Positions 11,696 through 24,829 of a stretch of 64,000 bases of DNA are shown here, in pieces (positions within the stretch are counted from its first letter, which is position 1; every line of letters begins with the position of its first letter). The stretch covers positions 23,624,001-23,688,000 of the forward strand of contig NC_087250.1 in assembly GCF_037042905.1 (NCBI RefSeq), read 5' to 3'. The translations under genes were made by a program, and so were the position numbers. Source of the stretch: Lytechinus pictus. Lineage: Eukaryota. The notes beneath the pieces are model-generated. The model did not search any database and was not told the origin of the DNA. It was given only the letters and a program-made list of their open reading frames with translations.

Positions 11696-11896
11696 ATATC
11701 TGTGTGAAATGTGGAAACCTGCAAGATTTGGACACGCTGCCATTACCTGTTCATTGCAATGATGGTACTGTTACTAAAAATGTATGGCTTTGTTTTCTTT
11801 TAATATGTATAATGGCTTCATATGTAGAAGAGTCAATCAGAATGTACTGAAATATCTCTAAAAATTGCTTTGGAAAAGAAGAAACCCAACACCAAG
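11696..11896 (+). other. Weak candidate 5'-UTR exon
   Basis: ttgttttttAG acceptor and CAAG|GTGATT donor around unique sequence; no other support. Confidence 0.2.
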
Positions 11897-12337
11897 GTGA
11901 TTTCCCTCAACTAAATTTGTCTTGCCTGGTACGGTACCCTACATGATTAATATAGACTCATACCCCCATGTAGTTTTGTAAACTTTTGTTTGTGAACAGT
12001 GGATGACAAGAATTGTCATGGTGAATTTTTAAAGTAGACAGTGGAACTTTCTTTGTGAGAAATCTGCATGATTTTTAAATTTTCTCCCATGAAAATCCCT
12101 TTATCACAGCAAATGTAAACAAGGAAACATGATCTCCCAAGTAAAGACTGCACTGTTTGCTACATGTAGATATATTGGATACATGTACCAAAATCATCGT
12201 TAAAAAATGTCTTTGGAGACCTTCATACCTTTATACCGCATCTACTGGAAAAATCCAGTTGTGTCTGCAGTCAAGTCTCCAGGTGTATCTTGTACTGTAC
12301 GTTGTCTTCCTAGCTTGGATAAATTGCTATAAATTGT

Positions 12338-12793
12338 TATATGACACCTAGATAGATCCTTGCGATTTGATTGGTTGTTTGATATCGTTCATTCAGCCCA
12401 TTTTGCAATGACGTCATCAACCGTGCAATTTTGTATCCATTCATCGTGCAATTTTGGATCCATACGATTTTGTCCATTGCACGCGCGCACCGAGACAAAT
12501 AAATACGCATGTTGTAATGACGTAACAATCAACAGACCGAACTCGCACTGCATTAGCATGTTTTGCATCGAAATTCATAAATTTCACATGAAAAAAAAAA
12601 TCTATTTTTATGTGTCATATAAACCAAATAATGAATGTTTTTTTCATTCGTGCAATGGACAGAATACTTCATTCGGTGAAAGATGAAATAATGATCCATT
12701 CAACTCGGCTGCGCCTCGTTGAATGGATTATTTCATCTTTCACCTCATGAAGTATTCTGTCCATTGCACTCATAAACATTCATTATTTGTATA
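12338..12793 (+). mobile_element. ~455-bp non-autonomous element with TATA ends, unclassified
   Basis: Closely similar inverted copy at 28237-28692; internal hairpins. Confidence 0.8.
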
Positions 12794-13710
12794 CTATCTG
12801 TGCTATCCCAAGGACGAGGGAGTCTAATATTTATTATACTGAAGTAAGTGATGCAACCAGAATATTTTTTTTAGAATTTCATGCATGTTGCTTCCTATGT
12901 AGTATGTTTTTTAAAGTAAACCGTCTGACAGCTTTAAATTATAAAAAGATATCCCAATTGAAAAGTGCTTGACCCACTCCCACTAATGCGAGGCTACGTA
13001 CATGTGATATGCCTTGGGATTTAGCTCCTGTGCAATTCCAATTACTCTATCACAGAGTTGTGCTGCACCCATGGCCATGACATTGGAATTGTGTGCCTTC
13101 ATACAGAGTTGGCACTTGGCAGTATCACATTGATTTAAACCATGGCCTGCTGTTTTTGCTTTATGTAGCATTAACATAAAAACTTATATGTTGGACCAGT
13201 CATCAGAAAAGGGATACCTGCCAAGGTACAGAGCATATGAATACCAAGGAGGTTTCAAATGAGATAGAGTAACAGCAAATAAAATCCCTTTGAACAAGGT
13301 TAAAAACCGCCACAGTCAGTCTGCAAGCCCCTGTGTTAATGAGCAAATGAGCAAGATTTATCCAAGTCCTCTCGTGGCTGAATTCTTGTCTCTGCAAAAT
13401 CTCGTGAATTGTGAGACTTTGTTTCTCAAAGAATTTAACCACTTTCTCCTTGAGTAAAATTGATTATTCTTGTACCGTATGAAAGAGTAAACGTTACTCT
13501 TTTATACTGATTATTTCTTTTGAATAAAATATTTTGATAAATAAGTTAACTTTAGGCATGAAAAGATGCCTCAAACGGAATTTTCTTCCTCTTTTCTCTT
13601 GCAAATTGTGCAAAATTTTGTGCTTCAGGCACAAACATTATTTATATCATCAGGAAGCACAAAAACTATACTTTCTTACAATGTAACTCTTGATATGTGG
13701 CACCTTTTAG

Positions 13711-13995
13711 ATGGGTCAGCAGCCAGCTTTTTCCAGCAAAATACAAGACGAGATTTCTGAAATTTCTGAGTAGCATAAAATCCAGAGTTCTGATTGGTTG
13801 AATAGTGTTTTCAAAACCACAGGCACGGGTAATTTGAAGAGATTACCACATGGTGAGTGTGACCTTGCAGAAGCCCAGTGTGGGAACATTGGAATTTGCG
13901 TGGGTGTGTGGTCTCAATGACCAATCAGAGCGCAGTATTCTTGTTTTTAAACTGCTAAATGTACTTTGCCGATAAAAAGCTGGCTGCTGACCCAT
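13711..13995. repeat. Perfect 22-bp inverted repeat within an old DNA-transposon fossil (~13.2-14.4 kb)
   Basis: ATGGGTCAGCAGCCAGCTTTTT / AAAAAGCTGGCTGCTGACCCAT, enclosing two oppositely oriented CCAAT boxes. Confidence 0.7.
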
Positions 13996-16323
13996 ACCTC
14001 TTCTTATAAAAATTATATCATATTAAAGCTTAGATTTTCAGCTTTATCATAATCTAAAAATTATTTGGACCCAACCAGAAATTAAGTGTAAAAACAACAA
14101 GTTTTGTTCCATGAAAATAATTATTTTGTTTCATGTTTTAGATCAAAAGTTTCACCTATGTTACAAAATCTTTTTAAAAATCCAGACACATGACCTGAAA
14201 GGATGATATTTCTTCTTTATAAAGATACCAAAAACATGAAATTTTTTCAATATTTAGAGCAGCAATGGCCGAATAAAAAGAGGTGTTTTCGTCCGCACCA
14301 AGCTCATTAACAATGCAAAACCCCTCTAGTCATGAATATCACTTTGATAAAAGAAGCTACTTTGTGAGGGCTTGCCGACTGACTGGCCAGCAGAAAGTAT
14401 GTCAGGCATGCACTTTGCTCAACATCTCTTGCAATTGTGTAGACAAATGATTCCCGCATGACTCCGCAGCTATAGTTCATGGAAAAAGGGAAATATGCTA
14501 TTGTGATGATAATTACTTTTTTGCGGCATCTTGGTAATGTTGGAAGCCAGGCCGGGCTAGAACTCTGAACCCGGCAAGTTGGGGGGATATTCGCCGGGTC
14601 AAGCCGGTCCTGGTTTAGAGCTAAAGCAGCAGAGATCAGAAGCTGTAATTATGTCTGCAAAATACCAATATACAGCAAGATAATGTAACTAATTTACTCC
14701 CATGCGTGAACTGAGCTCATACTCCCAAAATAAACTTAATCAATCTTTAACTTAACATGAATTTCAGCCCCATCTAGCATCGGAAATGACCTAATTTTGT
14801 GTTTGATCGTGATGTCTTCATTCGAATTCGTAGTCAATTTTTGCCAAACAAACGTAGAGGGCAGCAACACTGTTTGCTGACTTCATGTTTGCCGGTTGTA
14901 ATCGCTAACTTCAGCACATATCCAAATAAATATAAGGCAGAGTGAGACCCTAAATCTGATAATTCGAATGATGAAATCATGATCGAAGCCGGAATAAAGC
15001 TGTTCCTAATGCTCAGTAAGGTTGAAACTCGGGTTAAGATCGTTAATTGGGAATTGATTTGGACAAATATTTAGGTTAAATTAGTTTGCTGACATTGCGG
15101 GGTACGAAAGTGCATTCGGGCCTAGCCTTTGATCATTTCATGCTTGTACATGTAGATGTTCTTGGATGTTCATGTATCCCAGACAATACCAAATGACTGG
15201 CTAGTTAACATGTACATGTATGTTGTAGCTTGATTATTATACAGTGCATCCCAGAAAAAACAAAACCGTAATTCACTGTATGGTTTTCCTTGATCATTAA
15301 TTTGTTTCATGAGATTTACATGAATGGAAAGATATTCTTAGAACTTTTCTTTCATTTGAGGCCGATTTTAACGTTCATAATGCACGTATAGTAGCTGTCT
15401 TAGAACAATGGAAAGTGGTTCTACCAAATTTTCATTTGCACGAGCAAATAACGATGTAGAGTGAGTTTTTCTTGCTTTTTCTGCAAAATATGCGGAAAAC
15501 ATAGTTCATAACGTAAATATCCATGTTTTCTTCTTTCACATGAATATGTGATAAATATGAATGATGCATGGTCGAGAAAATAGTTCACGAAAACATGCTC
15601 AATTTCTACCTATACGATTGATCGTGGAAAACAATTTGTTTTCCCACCAAAGCAGAATACTGTAGACAATAGGCTATTAAACGGTGAATGCACAGTAAGT
15701 GCGATCTTGCCGTTGGCTTGTTACATGTGGATTCTTTCTAACTATTTTATGTCTTGAGTGAAATGATTGGATGAGACAGGAGCTGCGGAACGTTGCATGT
15801 GTGGTTGCCCACCAAAAAAAACCCAACCTTTCGATCCAAACAGGCCCCCCCCCCCCCCCCCACTTGTAAAAAGACTTTATGGCCAGAAGTCTCTATTGTC
15901 AGTTTGTAATTGTTTCATTTCTAGGGAAATTTAACTCATTTTGGGACGTTTCATAAATTTAGTCGAAACTTTCACTTCACTGTTAAGTTTGATCTTAGCC
16001 AATCAGGTGCAAGAATTTTCAGTGGCTTATAACAGTACATGTAGTCCGTGAAAATCAATGGCTTTTTGTTTCATAAAATTCTCCAGTGGTCTCTATCTCA
16101 GTTACATGTAATACAGGTGGTCACTAGACCGGTCACTGAAGAGTCCTGAGTTAACTGTTCGCACTGCTATTCTATTTTATCGGTCAATAGTTCTTTGAAT
16201 TTCATGCGATAATATGTACATACAATCAAGCCTGTGTATTACGGCCATCCAAGGGAAGGAGAAAATGTGGCCATTGGAGATAGAGAGGCTCTTTATCTCT
16301 CACACAAATATTCCTTTCATATG

Positions 16324-16759
16324 CAGTGCATGACGCTGGCACTGGTCCGATGGTCCCAGACAAGTAAGAATTGGTGTCGGGCCAGTAACATTTCAGAACA
16401 GAAATAGCCAGATTGACTGGTCCGACATGACCAGTAAAATAACTGATACAAATTATATTTTCTCCTGTTTTGTATACTAGTATTATAAAACTGGCTGTGG
16501 TATCTAATGGCTCTCATGAATAATGTTGTGTGTGGGTGTGTACTGCTTGTTTATGTTTTTTTTTTTTTTTTGGGGGGGGGGAGGAGGGAATAAAACTAAT
16601 AAAAGACAGCAAAATAAACTTGAGTCTTTTTTTGTTTTTTATTTTATGGGACCAGTAAATTTGAGGTTCGGACCAGCAAAAAAAATGGAAAACTGGGTAT
16701 ACTGGTCCAACATAAACAGGTTGGACCATTTAAAAGAAAAGGGTTAGCGTGGAGCCCTG
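16324..16759 (-). mobile_element. CAG-ended MITE with 7-bp TSD (P-element-like)
   Basis: Flanks TCATATG/TCACATG. Inverted sister copy at 47271-47694 has a perfect TTATAAT TSD. Confidence 0.65.
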
Positions 16760-17107
16760 TCACATGGGACAAATGGGAGGCAATTTTGGTGGCCACTAAA
16801 CTCTAAAGACAGGTTTAACGATAGACAAGTAGTGCTGGTCGATTGAATTCAATGTTAGTCGATCATCGCCAGCAAACTCATCAGAGCTACAGGACTACAG
16901 ATAACACGATATATCGCCGAGTTTGAAAATTCATATTCATTATGAGCTGCACTGTGAGAGCAAGGAAGGGAAAAATGAAAGTAAAACTTATAAAAGGCTT
17001 TCATGTGTGCTTTTTATGAATAGCGAGCATTTGGTACCAACTACACAAATTTGGTCAATAGATAGTGATTAACTTTTTATTATTGACAGTATTTTTGTCA
17101 TATCGTT

Positions 17108-17316
17108 CACTGGCGGATCCAGGGGGGGGCACAGCTGGCCTGTGCCCCCCTCCCCCTTTTGAGAAGCAAAATTAAAATTTGTAATGTAAAAATGCCATTA
17201 AAACAGAAGTGTGCCCCCCCTTTTTTTGAAAGTGAAGACCCTTTTTTTTTTGCTAGTCAAATTTTTCCTCTGAAAAATGTTCCCCCCCCTTTTAGAAAAT
17301 CCTGGATCTGCCCCTG
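17108..17316. mobile_element. hAT-type MITE
   Basis: TIR CACTGGCGGATCCAGG...CCTGGATCTGCCCCTG; perfect 8-bp TSD ATATCGTT. Confidence 0.9.
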
Positions 17317-17992
17317 ATATCGTTAATGTAATTATTTAAAAGAAACCACCTTAAATATCACATTATTTTGATACAATACAAAAATATCACCCAGCACTGT
17401 AGACAAGTGACCATTAGACAGTTTTGAGTGCAAAATATACATGTATATCCCAGCTGACGTACGCTTTTACCTTTCCATATTCCATAGTACTATTCACTGA
17501 GATTTACTCATGGTGATGAATAACAATGCAATTATCTTTGCCACATAATTACCAATAGAATGCATGATGATTAATTGATGATGTGTCGCCGATCTATAGG
17601 CTTTGGTGGTAAAAGTGGCACTGGTGTGAAAGTGGTGTGTGTGTGAGTTAGGTACGTGCTGTGATTGAAAGTGCTCTTCTCAGTCCTTGATTGATTTACC
17701 TCATACTAGTATTGTAGTGCTTCATTCAATAAACATTGTACATTGTAGGCCTTTATACACAATTTATGTAAATTGCTTTGCCGGAGCATGGTAGGAGAGA
17801 GAAAATGTCTGCATGGATATATAATTTTCGTGGAAAATAATGTTCTTGAAATGTCTTAATAATTGGAGATAGAGAAACAACCAGAAATACCGGTACATGT
17901 GAAATGCATTGATTGCCACTGTTGTGTACTTGTATGTTACATGTAGTTTGCTTTTTAGTCAGTTTTTCTCCTCATCTTCCGGAGTTATTTTT

Positions 17993-18391
17993 GAGGCTGT
18001 TCTCATTACGCTTTCTAAAACTAGTTTACTGGAAACCGATTCAGGAAACCAGTTTGGAAGATCGCTTTGCTAGAGTTCCCACTGGTGCACACGAAAGTGG
18101 TTTTCAAAATCACTTCACGTAAAGCTATTTTTTTTCTATGGAAACGCTCTCAGTGAGGTGACACATTTTGCGCGAAATTAGAAACCGCAGCGTAGGCATT
18201 CTACACCTGTCATATGGAGTAGCAAGCTCAAAATGTGCGAAGAACGGTTGTCCTCAATTACGCTAAAACCAGTTTAACAAGGTAAAGCGATCTTGAAAAC
18301 TACATCGCGAGGTGGTTTTCTGAACCGGTTCGGAAGATCGCTCAGACTTTTCTCACTACTAGTTTTCGGAAGGTACAGTGAGAACGGTGTC
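17993..18391 (+). mobile_element. PIF/Harbinger-like MITE
   Basis: GAGGCTGTTCTCA...TGAGAACGGTGTC ends; inverted sister copy at 23368-23803. Confidence 0.75.
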
Positions 18392-20177
18392 ATTGAGACC
18401 TTCAAATCTACACGCATATCATGACAGATCCCGTGGGGCGCTAGGAGGACGATCCCTATACATCAACTTCATAAATTTTTGTCAAAGATATTGAACTGTG
18501 GAAGGAACAAATTTTCTCAAAGTTTTAACACAGGGAAATGATGATTATAGAAATATGCTGGTTTAAGATTTGCTTGAAATTAATCAAAAGTCTAAAAAAT
18601 ACTTGTTTCCATCTATTTGTGTACAGTATGTTTCAATATTTTTCTTGTAATTCCTTTCTCCTTAATAATACACCTACCTCAACTGGTATGTAGTTCCCTA
18701 GATATATATAGTTGACCCATAAAATAGGTTGTATTAGTTATTATTTTAGTGTATACTGTAAGATATTGGAATTACATGTAATCTCCTCAGAAATTACATA
18801 GATGTGTAGATACTAGATACCAATGTATTCTCCTCAGAAATTACATACCGGTTTACAAAGATGTACTTTTGTAATGAGTCACATGCAGTGCACACAGTCA
18901 ATGCATTCATGGGACAACATGCGAATATTCAGACCAAACATTTCAACTCCGTATGAAACACTATTCTGGGGTTATTCACACTTTTTGCGTACAGCGTGTA
19001 CATTGTACATGTAATTATACAGCCTCCTGTCTGATAAAATCATACATGTACATGTAAAACTCACAAATGAAATGTCTTGGATGTCATATCACTTTCCCTA
19101 GAAACGTGGACCCACTACTCTGTAGGTCTATGTTAGAATCAAGCCCCTGCTCAAGCATTGTTGTTGTTTTAGCTTTTATATCGTTATATCTTGTTTATAT
19201 TAAAGAAAATCAGTCAGGGTTTTTATGCCTGCAGACTAGTAGCGTACAGTGTATTATTCATTTGTGTAGAACCATTCTACTCCAGTGACTGTATTCCTCA
19301 AGTCTATTCCCCTGAGAGTTCTTACTAGAGAAATGACTCAGGCCTACTGCCAGGGGTGAGCTTGGTGCCAGGGTGCACTGACCCACTTTCTTTGACCTCA
19401 GGTGTCACCTTATGTCAAAGGTCACAGAGAGGTCAATGTGGTGACAGGATGATTGGATGTTATTTGCTGAGTGGGGCTCAGGCATGGTTTCTATGCAGGA
19501 TTTGTTTGCCTCTGATGTAGCTATGGTAGTGATCACTATGAAATGAGAAAAGAAAAAAAAAACATATGATGTTGGATCATGTGGTTGTGATTGTTTGCAG
19601 ACGTTGTTTCTCAGAAGCCCACAAAAGAAAGAATAAAATGGAATGTCCTGACTTTGAATTTGAGAAGATTTCTAGTTGTTATCTCTCTCTGACATTTAAA
19701 TATGAAGATGTTTTTTTTTTTTTTTTTTTTTTTTCATGCTGTATACTTTAGGAAGAATATAATAGTCCACTGAAAATATTCACTCACTTCAATATCCTCT
19801 TATTGTTTTGTATGACAAGAAAGCTGAACGTATTTGGGAGGACATCTAATACATGTGGTTAGCAGGCTAAAAGTTTTAATATTTTTCGGGCAAGGCCACT
19901 TTCCAGAAGGGCGCATACATGTAGATCTACATCACAAAGAAGGAAAATTTTAAAATGATATTCAAGGCCAGTGAAAAGGGGCAGTGAGGTCAATTCATAG
20001 TGCATCTAATCATTTATAGTGCCTTTTCATGAATATATCACATTCCTTTTATCAACATGAGATTAAAAACAAATATTTATTTTCACTGATGGTTGTTAAA
20101 ATCTACTGCAAATTCTTGCATCTTATTGGCTAAGAGCAAATTTGTCAGTGAAAAACACTTTTCATTTTATACCTTGT

Positions 20178-20682
20178 CAGACATGCCAACTGTTACATTT
20201 TTAGAGTATTTGTTCCTCTTTTTTGCTATGAATACGCCAATACTTTTTTATATGCCTGTCCTGGACAGGACGTACCTGTATGGTATCACGCTCGGTGTCC
20301 GTCCGCCTGTCTGTCGGTAAACCGTTAAACGCAATAACTGTAGTTTAACTTAACCTCTAGGCTCATATGATTTTGTGTGTACATATATGATATACATGTA
20401 GCATGGAGCCCAGGAAGCCTATTGATTTTGAGGTCAAAAGGTCAAGGTCACAGTGACATTTTTCATCTTACCCTTCTGAAGTTCTTGTACATGTAAACGC
20501 GATATTTTTAAACTTAACCTAGTCTCATATAATTTTGTGTGTATGATACATGTACTAGCATGGATCCCAGGAATCCTTTTGATTGTTACGTTGAGATATT
20601 TTTTAAAATACTCCTTTTTTGTCAGAAAATACTCTTTTTCCTTCTAAGAATACTTTTTTAGTGTAGAAGGTTGGCAGGTCTG
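20178..20682. mobile_element. MITE with 6-bp TSD carrying a nested Tsp/HINE fragment
   Basis: TIR CAGACATGCCAAC...GTTGGCAGGTCTG; CCTTGT on both flanks. Inner ~20245-20585 has (GTCY)n and AGGTCA repeats. Confidence 0.7.
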
Positions 20683-21287
20683 CCTTGTGCCTGCTTTCTT
20701 GGTGCCTGTGATTTTTCTCGTAGTACATGTAAGCCCTGCTCTGTTCATAAATCATGAATGCAAATCACGTGCGAACGCACCCAGCATGTTCCCACCGTTG
20801 GCTTCATAACTTGACAGTGAAACTGACTGGGATTGCTTGTAATAAAAATGTAATTTGTATTGCAAGGAAGTCGACCTACATTCGGCTAAGTGGTATCGGA
20901 ATAATATGGACGAGAAATAATCACTGAAATTGACTTTGTTAGTGTTCTTCCTACTGATACAAAGACTGTATGTAGAACGTGGAAAGGAATTCAGATTCTT
21001 TGCATCACTGGTTAGGACTTTTTCTTGAGTGAGGTCTAGGTTCAAGTCCTACATGTATAGTATCATTTTCTCAATGAATAGGCTATACATTGAGAAAATG
21101 ATTTAAAATTTACATTGCTGAGCACTATGTGTGAGCCAGCATCCCCTTTCCTTTGATTGTGAGGAAGACTTGTTGGTAAATGCACATACACGTACAGGAA
21201 TACAAACAGTACACTTGACAACATTATAATATATACGTTACATTACCACATACATGTATATGTATGTGTTGTAATACACTATAAATT

Positions 21288-21580
21288 TACTATCTATTGT
21301 CCACAGCGGACGGCATTTGAATATTAATGAATCAGAAAGAAGAGGATCGAGGGTATTTGAATTCCAGTCCATCGTGGCTTAGCCGTGAACCAGAATAGCC
21401 TGGTGGTTGAGTCGCTGCCTGGAAAGCAGTAGATGGCAGGTTCGAATCCCACTGGTTCTAATTTTTTCTGACTTATGATCTTATGACAGATCAAGCATAC
21501 TGATCTTATGATTTTCATTACAGATCGAGCATACTAATCTTAAACAAATAGGAGTAATGCCAAAAATTTGTTAACAAATT
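21288..21580 (+). mobile_element. Insertion with an internal tRNA-like sequence
   Basis: ACTATAAATT at 21278-21287 and 21581-21590. tRNA-like segment 21387-21458 with a GGTTCGAATCC B box and a T6 run. Confidence 0.6.
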
Positions 21581-22357
21581 ACTATAAATTCTGTTTTTGA
21601 AAAAAAAAACTTAACTCATAAATACTGTACATGTATGGTACATTTCATGAAAGTTTGAAAGAATTGAGATGATTAATTTGTAACTGAAACAGATCTAATA
21701 AAATTTGATAAATTTCATACAATTTTTAGAGTTTTGAGTTAATAATTCCTTTGTAACTGAATTAACAGATCTCGTAAAATTTGACAGTCTATAGCAGTTT
21801 GGAAGAGTTTTGAGTTGATTCTTGTGTAACTACATTGATGAGTATGTAGAAAGACATTCGTGTATTCACGTTCCTGTGGGTTTGTTTCTTCTCATTGTGT
21901 TTGGTATATTTGCACATGCCTGTGGTGTGGCTATATGCTCATCTCTTGCTAGTCTAGATCTAGACGTTAGCATTTATTTGTTCGGAAAACCCTACACTCA
22001 CTCTAGTATACATGTACAAACCAAGATACTAGTCTTTAGTTGGAGGAGATGAAAAGTGGGAGGACTTACATTGGTGCGTTTCCTTGCAATGAGTATAGGG
22101 TTTCCCGAACAAATAACTACTATGTCTAGATCAAGACTAATCTCTTGCTTGAAAGAAACTCCCATTGGATGCTTTTACACCTGCTCAATAAGGAATTACA
22201 CTAGGGGGTATCATGAAACAAATATTCAGTTATTTTCTCACTGAGTATTGTTACAAGCTACTGAAATCCTTGCATCTGATTGACTCAGAGCAAATTTTGC
22301 CAGTGAAAATCACTGACGAGATGGTTCATGAAACCATCCCTGGGTCCGAGTGTTTAA

Positions 22358-22932
22358 AGGACAAGTCCACCCCAACAAAAAGTTGATTTGAATAAAAAGA
22401 GAAAAATCCAACAAGCATAACACTGAAAATTCATCAAAATCGGATGTAAAATAAGAAAGTTATGACATTTTAAAGTTCCGCTAAATTTCACAAAACAGTT
22501 ATATGCACATCCTGGTCAGTATGCAAATGAGGAGACTGATGACGTGTCGTCATCCACTCACTATTTCTTTTGTATTTTATTATATGAAATATGAAATATT
22601 CTAAATTTTCTCCTCATTGTCAAGTGAAACAACGATTAATTTCTCCTGAACTTGTGGAATTAGCATTGCTTAATACTCTATGGTTCAGTCAAGTTGGTCC
22701 TTATTGTCAAATCTGTAAAAAATGAAATATTGTATAATTCAAACAATAAAAAACAAAAGAAATAGTGAGTGAGTGACATCATCGACTCTCTCATTTGCAT
22801 GTCACTGAGTTGTGCATATCACTGTTCTGTTTTTTTATTTTACATCCGATTTTGATGAAATTTTCAGTGTTCTGCTAGATTGATCTTTCTCTATTTATTC
22901 AAATAAACATTTTTCTGGGGTGGACTTGACCT
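22358..22932. mobile_element. Kolobok-like MITE
   Basis: TTAA|AGGACAAGTCCACCCC...GGGGTGGACTTGACCT|TTAA. Confidence 0.85.
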
Positions 22933-23367
22933 TTAATGAAAAAAATTACATTCAGTCATGTTCTCATTGACTATTGTTATAAGCTACTGATATCCTTGCA
23001 TCCGATTGGCTGAGAGCAAATTTTGCCTGTGAAAAATCACTGACGAGGTGCTTCATAAAAGAGTGAACTGAGGAGCTTTTCTTAAAACAAATTTTCAGTG
23101 ATGAAAGTATTTACAACTGTATGTGATGTAGTGAACTCCGTTAACGTGCCTGTTACTTTTTGCTTGAACAGGGACAATAATATATGAATGTGAACTCAAA
23201 TTCAATTTCCATGCTTTTCTGTGTGTCTCAATAGAACAACCCCTTGTTTTTTCTGTGAACACTAATTTACAGAAGAGTGGATGTTGCCAGTTCATTGTAT
23301 GCATTACTAATGTTTGTTTAATTCTTTATTGGAGGACATGTTAAGACAGCTCTAGTCTTTATTTTTA

Positions 23368-23803
23368 GACACCATTCTCACTACCGTCCTAAAACTAGTT
23401 TACTGGAAACTAGTTTAACCTGTAGTGAGAACGGTCAAAGCGATCTTCCAAACTGGTTCAGAAAACCACCTTGCGATGTAGTTTTCAAGTTCGCTTTGCC
23501 TCGTTAAACTGGTTTTAGCGTAAGTGAGGACACCACCGTTCTTCGGGAAGCGATCTTTGCACATTTTGAGCGCGCAACTCCACACGACAGGTGTAGAATG
23601 CCTACGCTGCGGTTTCAAATTTCGCGTGAAACGTGTCACCCCACTGAGAGCATTTCCATATCAACAAGATCGCTTTAGGTGAAGTGATTTTGAAAACCAC
23701 TTTCGTGTGATCAAATGGGAACGCTAGCAAAGCGATCTTCCATACTGGATCCTGAATCGGTTTCCAGTAAACTAGTTTTAGAAAGCGTAATGAGAACGGC
23801 CTC
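23368..23803 (-). mobile_element. PIF/Harbinger-like MITE (inverted copy of 17993-18391)
   Basis: Reverse-complement homology; TTA/ATA flanks. Confidence 0.75.
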
Positions 23804-24650
23804 ATAGACCCTTCCCAAGATTTTACATTACATGCTGTACAGGGGACATGACAATTGACAATTGCTCATGTGCCTATTGCTCCAGGCTTAATTTAGGGTT
23901 GGAATAGGGTTTTATGTTAGGTTTAGGGTAGGGTATACTGTTAACCCCAGGTTGAAGATGGTCATTCGATTAGTGTGTGGAATTTAGAGCGGAGCAAATG
24001 TCACGGAACCAAAATACCAACCCACCAGATGCTCTTCCAGAAATTGGAAAACAAAAATCAGAAGAAACTCTCCAGTCTACACTCTACACACATACCGGTT
24101 TAACCTGTCAAGAACACAAAATACAGTGTAACAATGAGGAATAGGCCTCCATACTTGAGCAACCACCACACATATGGATTTGGAATCCAATGCTCTTATA
24201 ATGTATCTCTATGTGAGCACTTTGTGTGTACTCCCCAGGGAGTGAAGTAAATGCATATATGTGAATACACTGTTCTCTGCATTTTCATGCTCCCCAGGGA
24301 GTGGGAAATAAATGTGGGCATGTGTAATTTATAGCTTGAAAGTTTAAAATGATTTAGTTTGTGTTCAATTATCATCATTCTCTAGCATCATATTACTCCC
24401 CAGGGAACGAAGCATGCGCATGGCATTTACAGTGTTTGTAGGCGGATAAATATTCTATACTATGAGAAACCATGTAGTACCGGCGGGTATTACAGAAGTT
24501 TTTGATTAGAAGCCATCATCATTCTCTGTACACAATGTAGCATCAGTTTTTGTTTATATTCCCCAGGGAGTGCAGCATGCACATTGGCATATCTGTGGTG
24601 GAAATGCATTCATGTCTTGAAGAGATTGTGTAGAATAATAGGCTCTTGCT

Positions 24651-24829
24651 AAACTTTTCTCCTTGGTTGCCACTTGCCAGCCAGGCAAACTAGTGTATTA
24701 TAGGTTGCCTGGCCGGCAGCAACAAAAAAAAAATTCTCTCTTTGGTTGCAAGCTGGGTAATGTATACTATACTAGTAGTAATATAGGTTGCCCGGCTGGC
24801 AACCACAGAAAAAAGTTAAGTGAGAGCCT
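24651..24829. mobile_element. Short palindromic MITE
   Basis: GGCTCTTGCTAAACTTTT...AAAAGTTAAGTGAGAGCC imperfect arms. Confidence 0.55.
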
